64,000 nt of DNA from an uncultured Verrucomicrobiota bacterium (lineage in GTDB: Bacteria; Verrucomicrobiota; Verrucomicrobiia; Limisphaerales; UBA8199), in the NCBI GenBank assembly GCA_903873945.1, contig CAIQQM010000018.1:30719-94718 (forward strand), in the 5' to 3' direction. Shown here piece by piece: positions 63,382-64,000 of this stretch. Made by a program: the position numbers and the translations under genes. Within the stretch, counting starts at the first letter, position 1; each line of letters begins with the position of its first letter. The notes under the pieces were generated by a model, which did not search any database, was not told the origin of the DNA, and saw only the letters and a program-made list of their open reading frames with translations.

Positions 63382-64000
63382 TGAAGCCGGAACAAGCCGC
63401 CGCGACTTTTCAGCGCGAACCATTGCTGCCGCGCATTTTTGCCGGACTGTTTGGCTCATTCCTCGGTTTGTCTCTCCTCAAATTCGGCAATCCGCCGATT
63501 ATGGAGAAGTGGGTTACGCCTCCGGGAGGTTTTTATGAGTTCCTGTTCGGATATCCCTGGCCGATGACCTGGGCATATTGGCTGCTGGGTTTCATCGCCC
63601 TGGTTGGCCTGTTCGTTGCCCGATGGAGACTCAATGCGCCAAAATGGCTGGTGCTGATGCCGCTGGCCTGGCTCGTTTGGCAACTGCTTGCGACTGTTCA
63701 ATCTGTCGGGCCCCAACTCAGTCAAACCGTTTTGAGGCACTTCGTTGCCTCGATGGTGTGCTTTTACCTTGGCCTGTTCGCGCTGGGCCGGGGCAAATGC
63801 CTTTGGCCGTTTTGGATTAGCCTGCTTGCCGGATTCCTGCTCGTGCTGGCTTCCGGATGGCAGCAACACTTCGGCGGCCTGGAGGAGACACGCAGATACT
63901 TCTTTCTTTACCTCTACCCACAGGTGAAGGAACTCCCTCCCGAATATCTCAAAAGAATGTCCAGCAACAGGATTTTTGCGACGCTGTTCTACCCGAATGC
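63381..64000 (+). CDS. Polytopic membrane protein, O-antigen-ligase-like N-terminal part (partial, runs off window); absent from ORF track
   Basis: My hand translation from ATG 63381 (which overlaps the holB stop as TAATG) is open to the window end: MKPEQAAATFQREPLLPRIFAGLFGSFLGLSLLKFGNPP...SSNRIFATLFYPN. It has several TM helices. Confidence 0.55.
   Translation, partial: MKPEQAAATFQREPLLPRIFAGLFGSFLGLSLLKFGNPPIMEKWVTPPGGFYEFLFGYPWPMTWAYWLLGFIALVGLFVARWRLNAPKWLVLMPLAWLVWQLLATVQSVGPQLSQTVLRHFVASMVCFYLGLFALGRGKCLWPFWISLLAGFLLVLASGWQQHFGGLEETRRYFFLYLYPQVKELPPEYLKRMSSNRIFATLFYPN

Overview
GC-rich bacterial chromosomal segment. It is probably from a Verrucomicrobiota-like organism; this is an inference from the GloVer-repeat protein, the PEP-CTERM/exosortase genes and the 'STDLxxW...FYR' C-terminal modules. 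Layout: (1) 1-6.5 kb, a minus-strand respiratory cluster. It holds a multiheme cytochrome with at least 11 heme sites (missing from the ORF track because it runs off the window), a membrane-anchored NapC/NirT-like cytochrome with about 7 hemes, and a tetraheme/4Fe-4S/NrfD module bracketed by two paralogous monoheme cytochromes. (2) 7-8.3 kb, an orphan radical SAM gene abutting a decayed IS630 remnant. (3) 8.3-16 kb, pyruvate:ferredoxin oxidoreductase, a DHOD-like protein and an ADP-forming acetyl-CoA synthetase/GNAT fusion. (4) 16.3-17.0 kb, a truncated IS3 (IS407-group) element. (5) 17.2-20.2 kb, two PEP-CTERM proteins and a GloVer tandem-repeat protein. (6) 20.3-50 kb, a ~30 kb single-strand exopolysaccharide locus. 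It encodes an OM barrel, Wza-like and Wzc-like proteins, an ABC exporter, about 12 glycosyltransferases, a Wzy-like polymerase, a beta-helix enzyme, an acetyltransferase, an exosortase-EpsI fusion, a WecA-type initiating transferase and a TPR protein. (7) 50-57 kb, regulators: AraC, a NusG/RfaH-like paralog, a REC-PAS-HisKA_3 kinase, a NarL-type regulator and an orphan REC. (8) 57-64 kb, housekeeping genes: DUF971, a class V aminotransferase, a T2SS-F protein, nadE, tRNA-Pro, DUF554, holB and a partial O-antigen-ligase-like protein. The most unusual signals are: heptanucleotide tandem arrays inside two adjacent glycosyltransferase genes and at the 5' end of the multiheme gene; a glycosyltransferase split exactly at an A9 run; two intergenic arrays of a CRCRGATT motif; and IS3-family remnants on both sides of the EPS/PEP-CTERM block. 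No CRISPR array, rRNA, prophage or recognisable defence system was seen.
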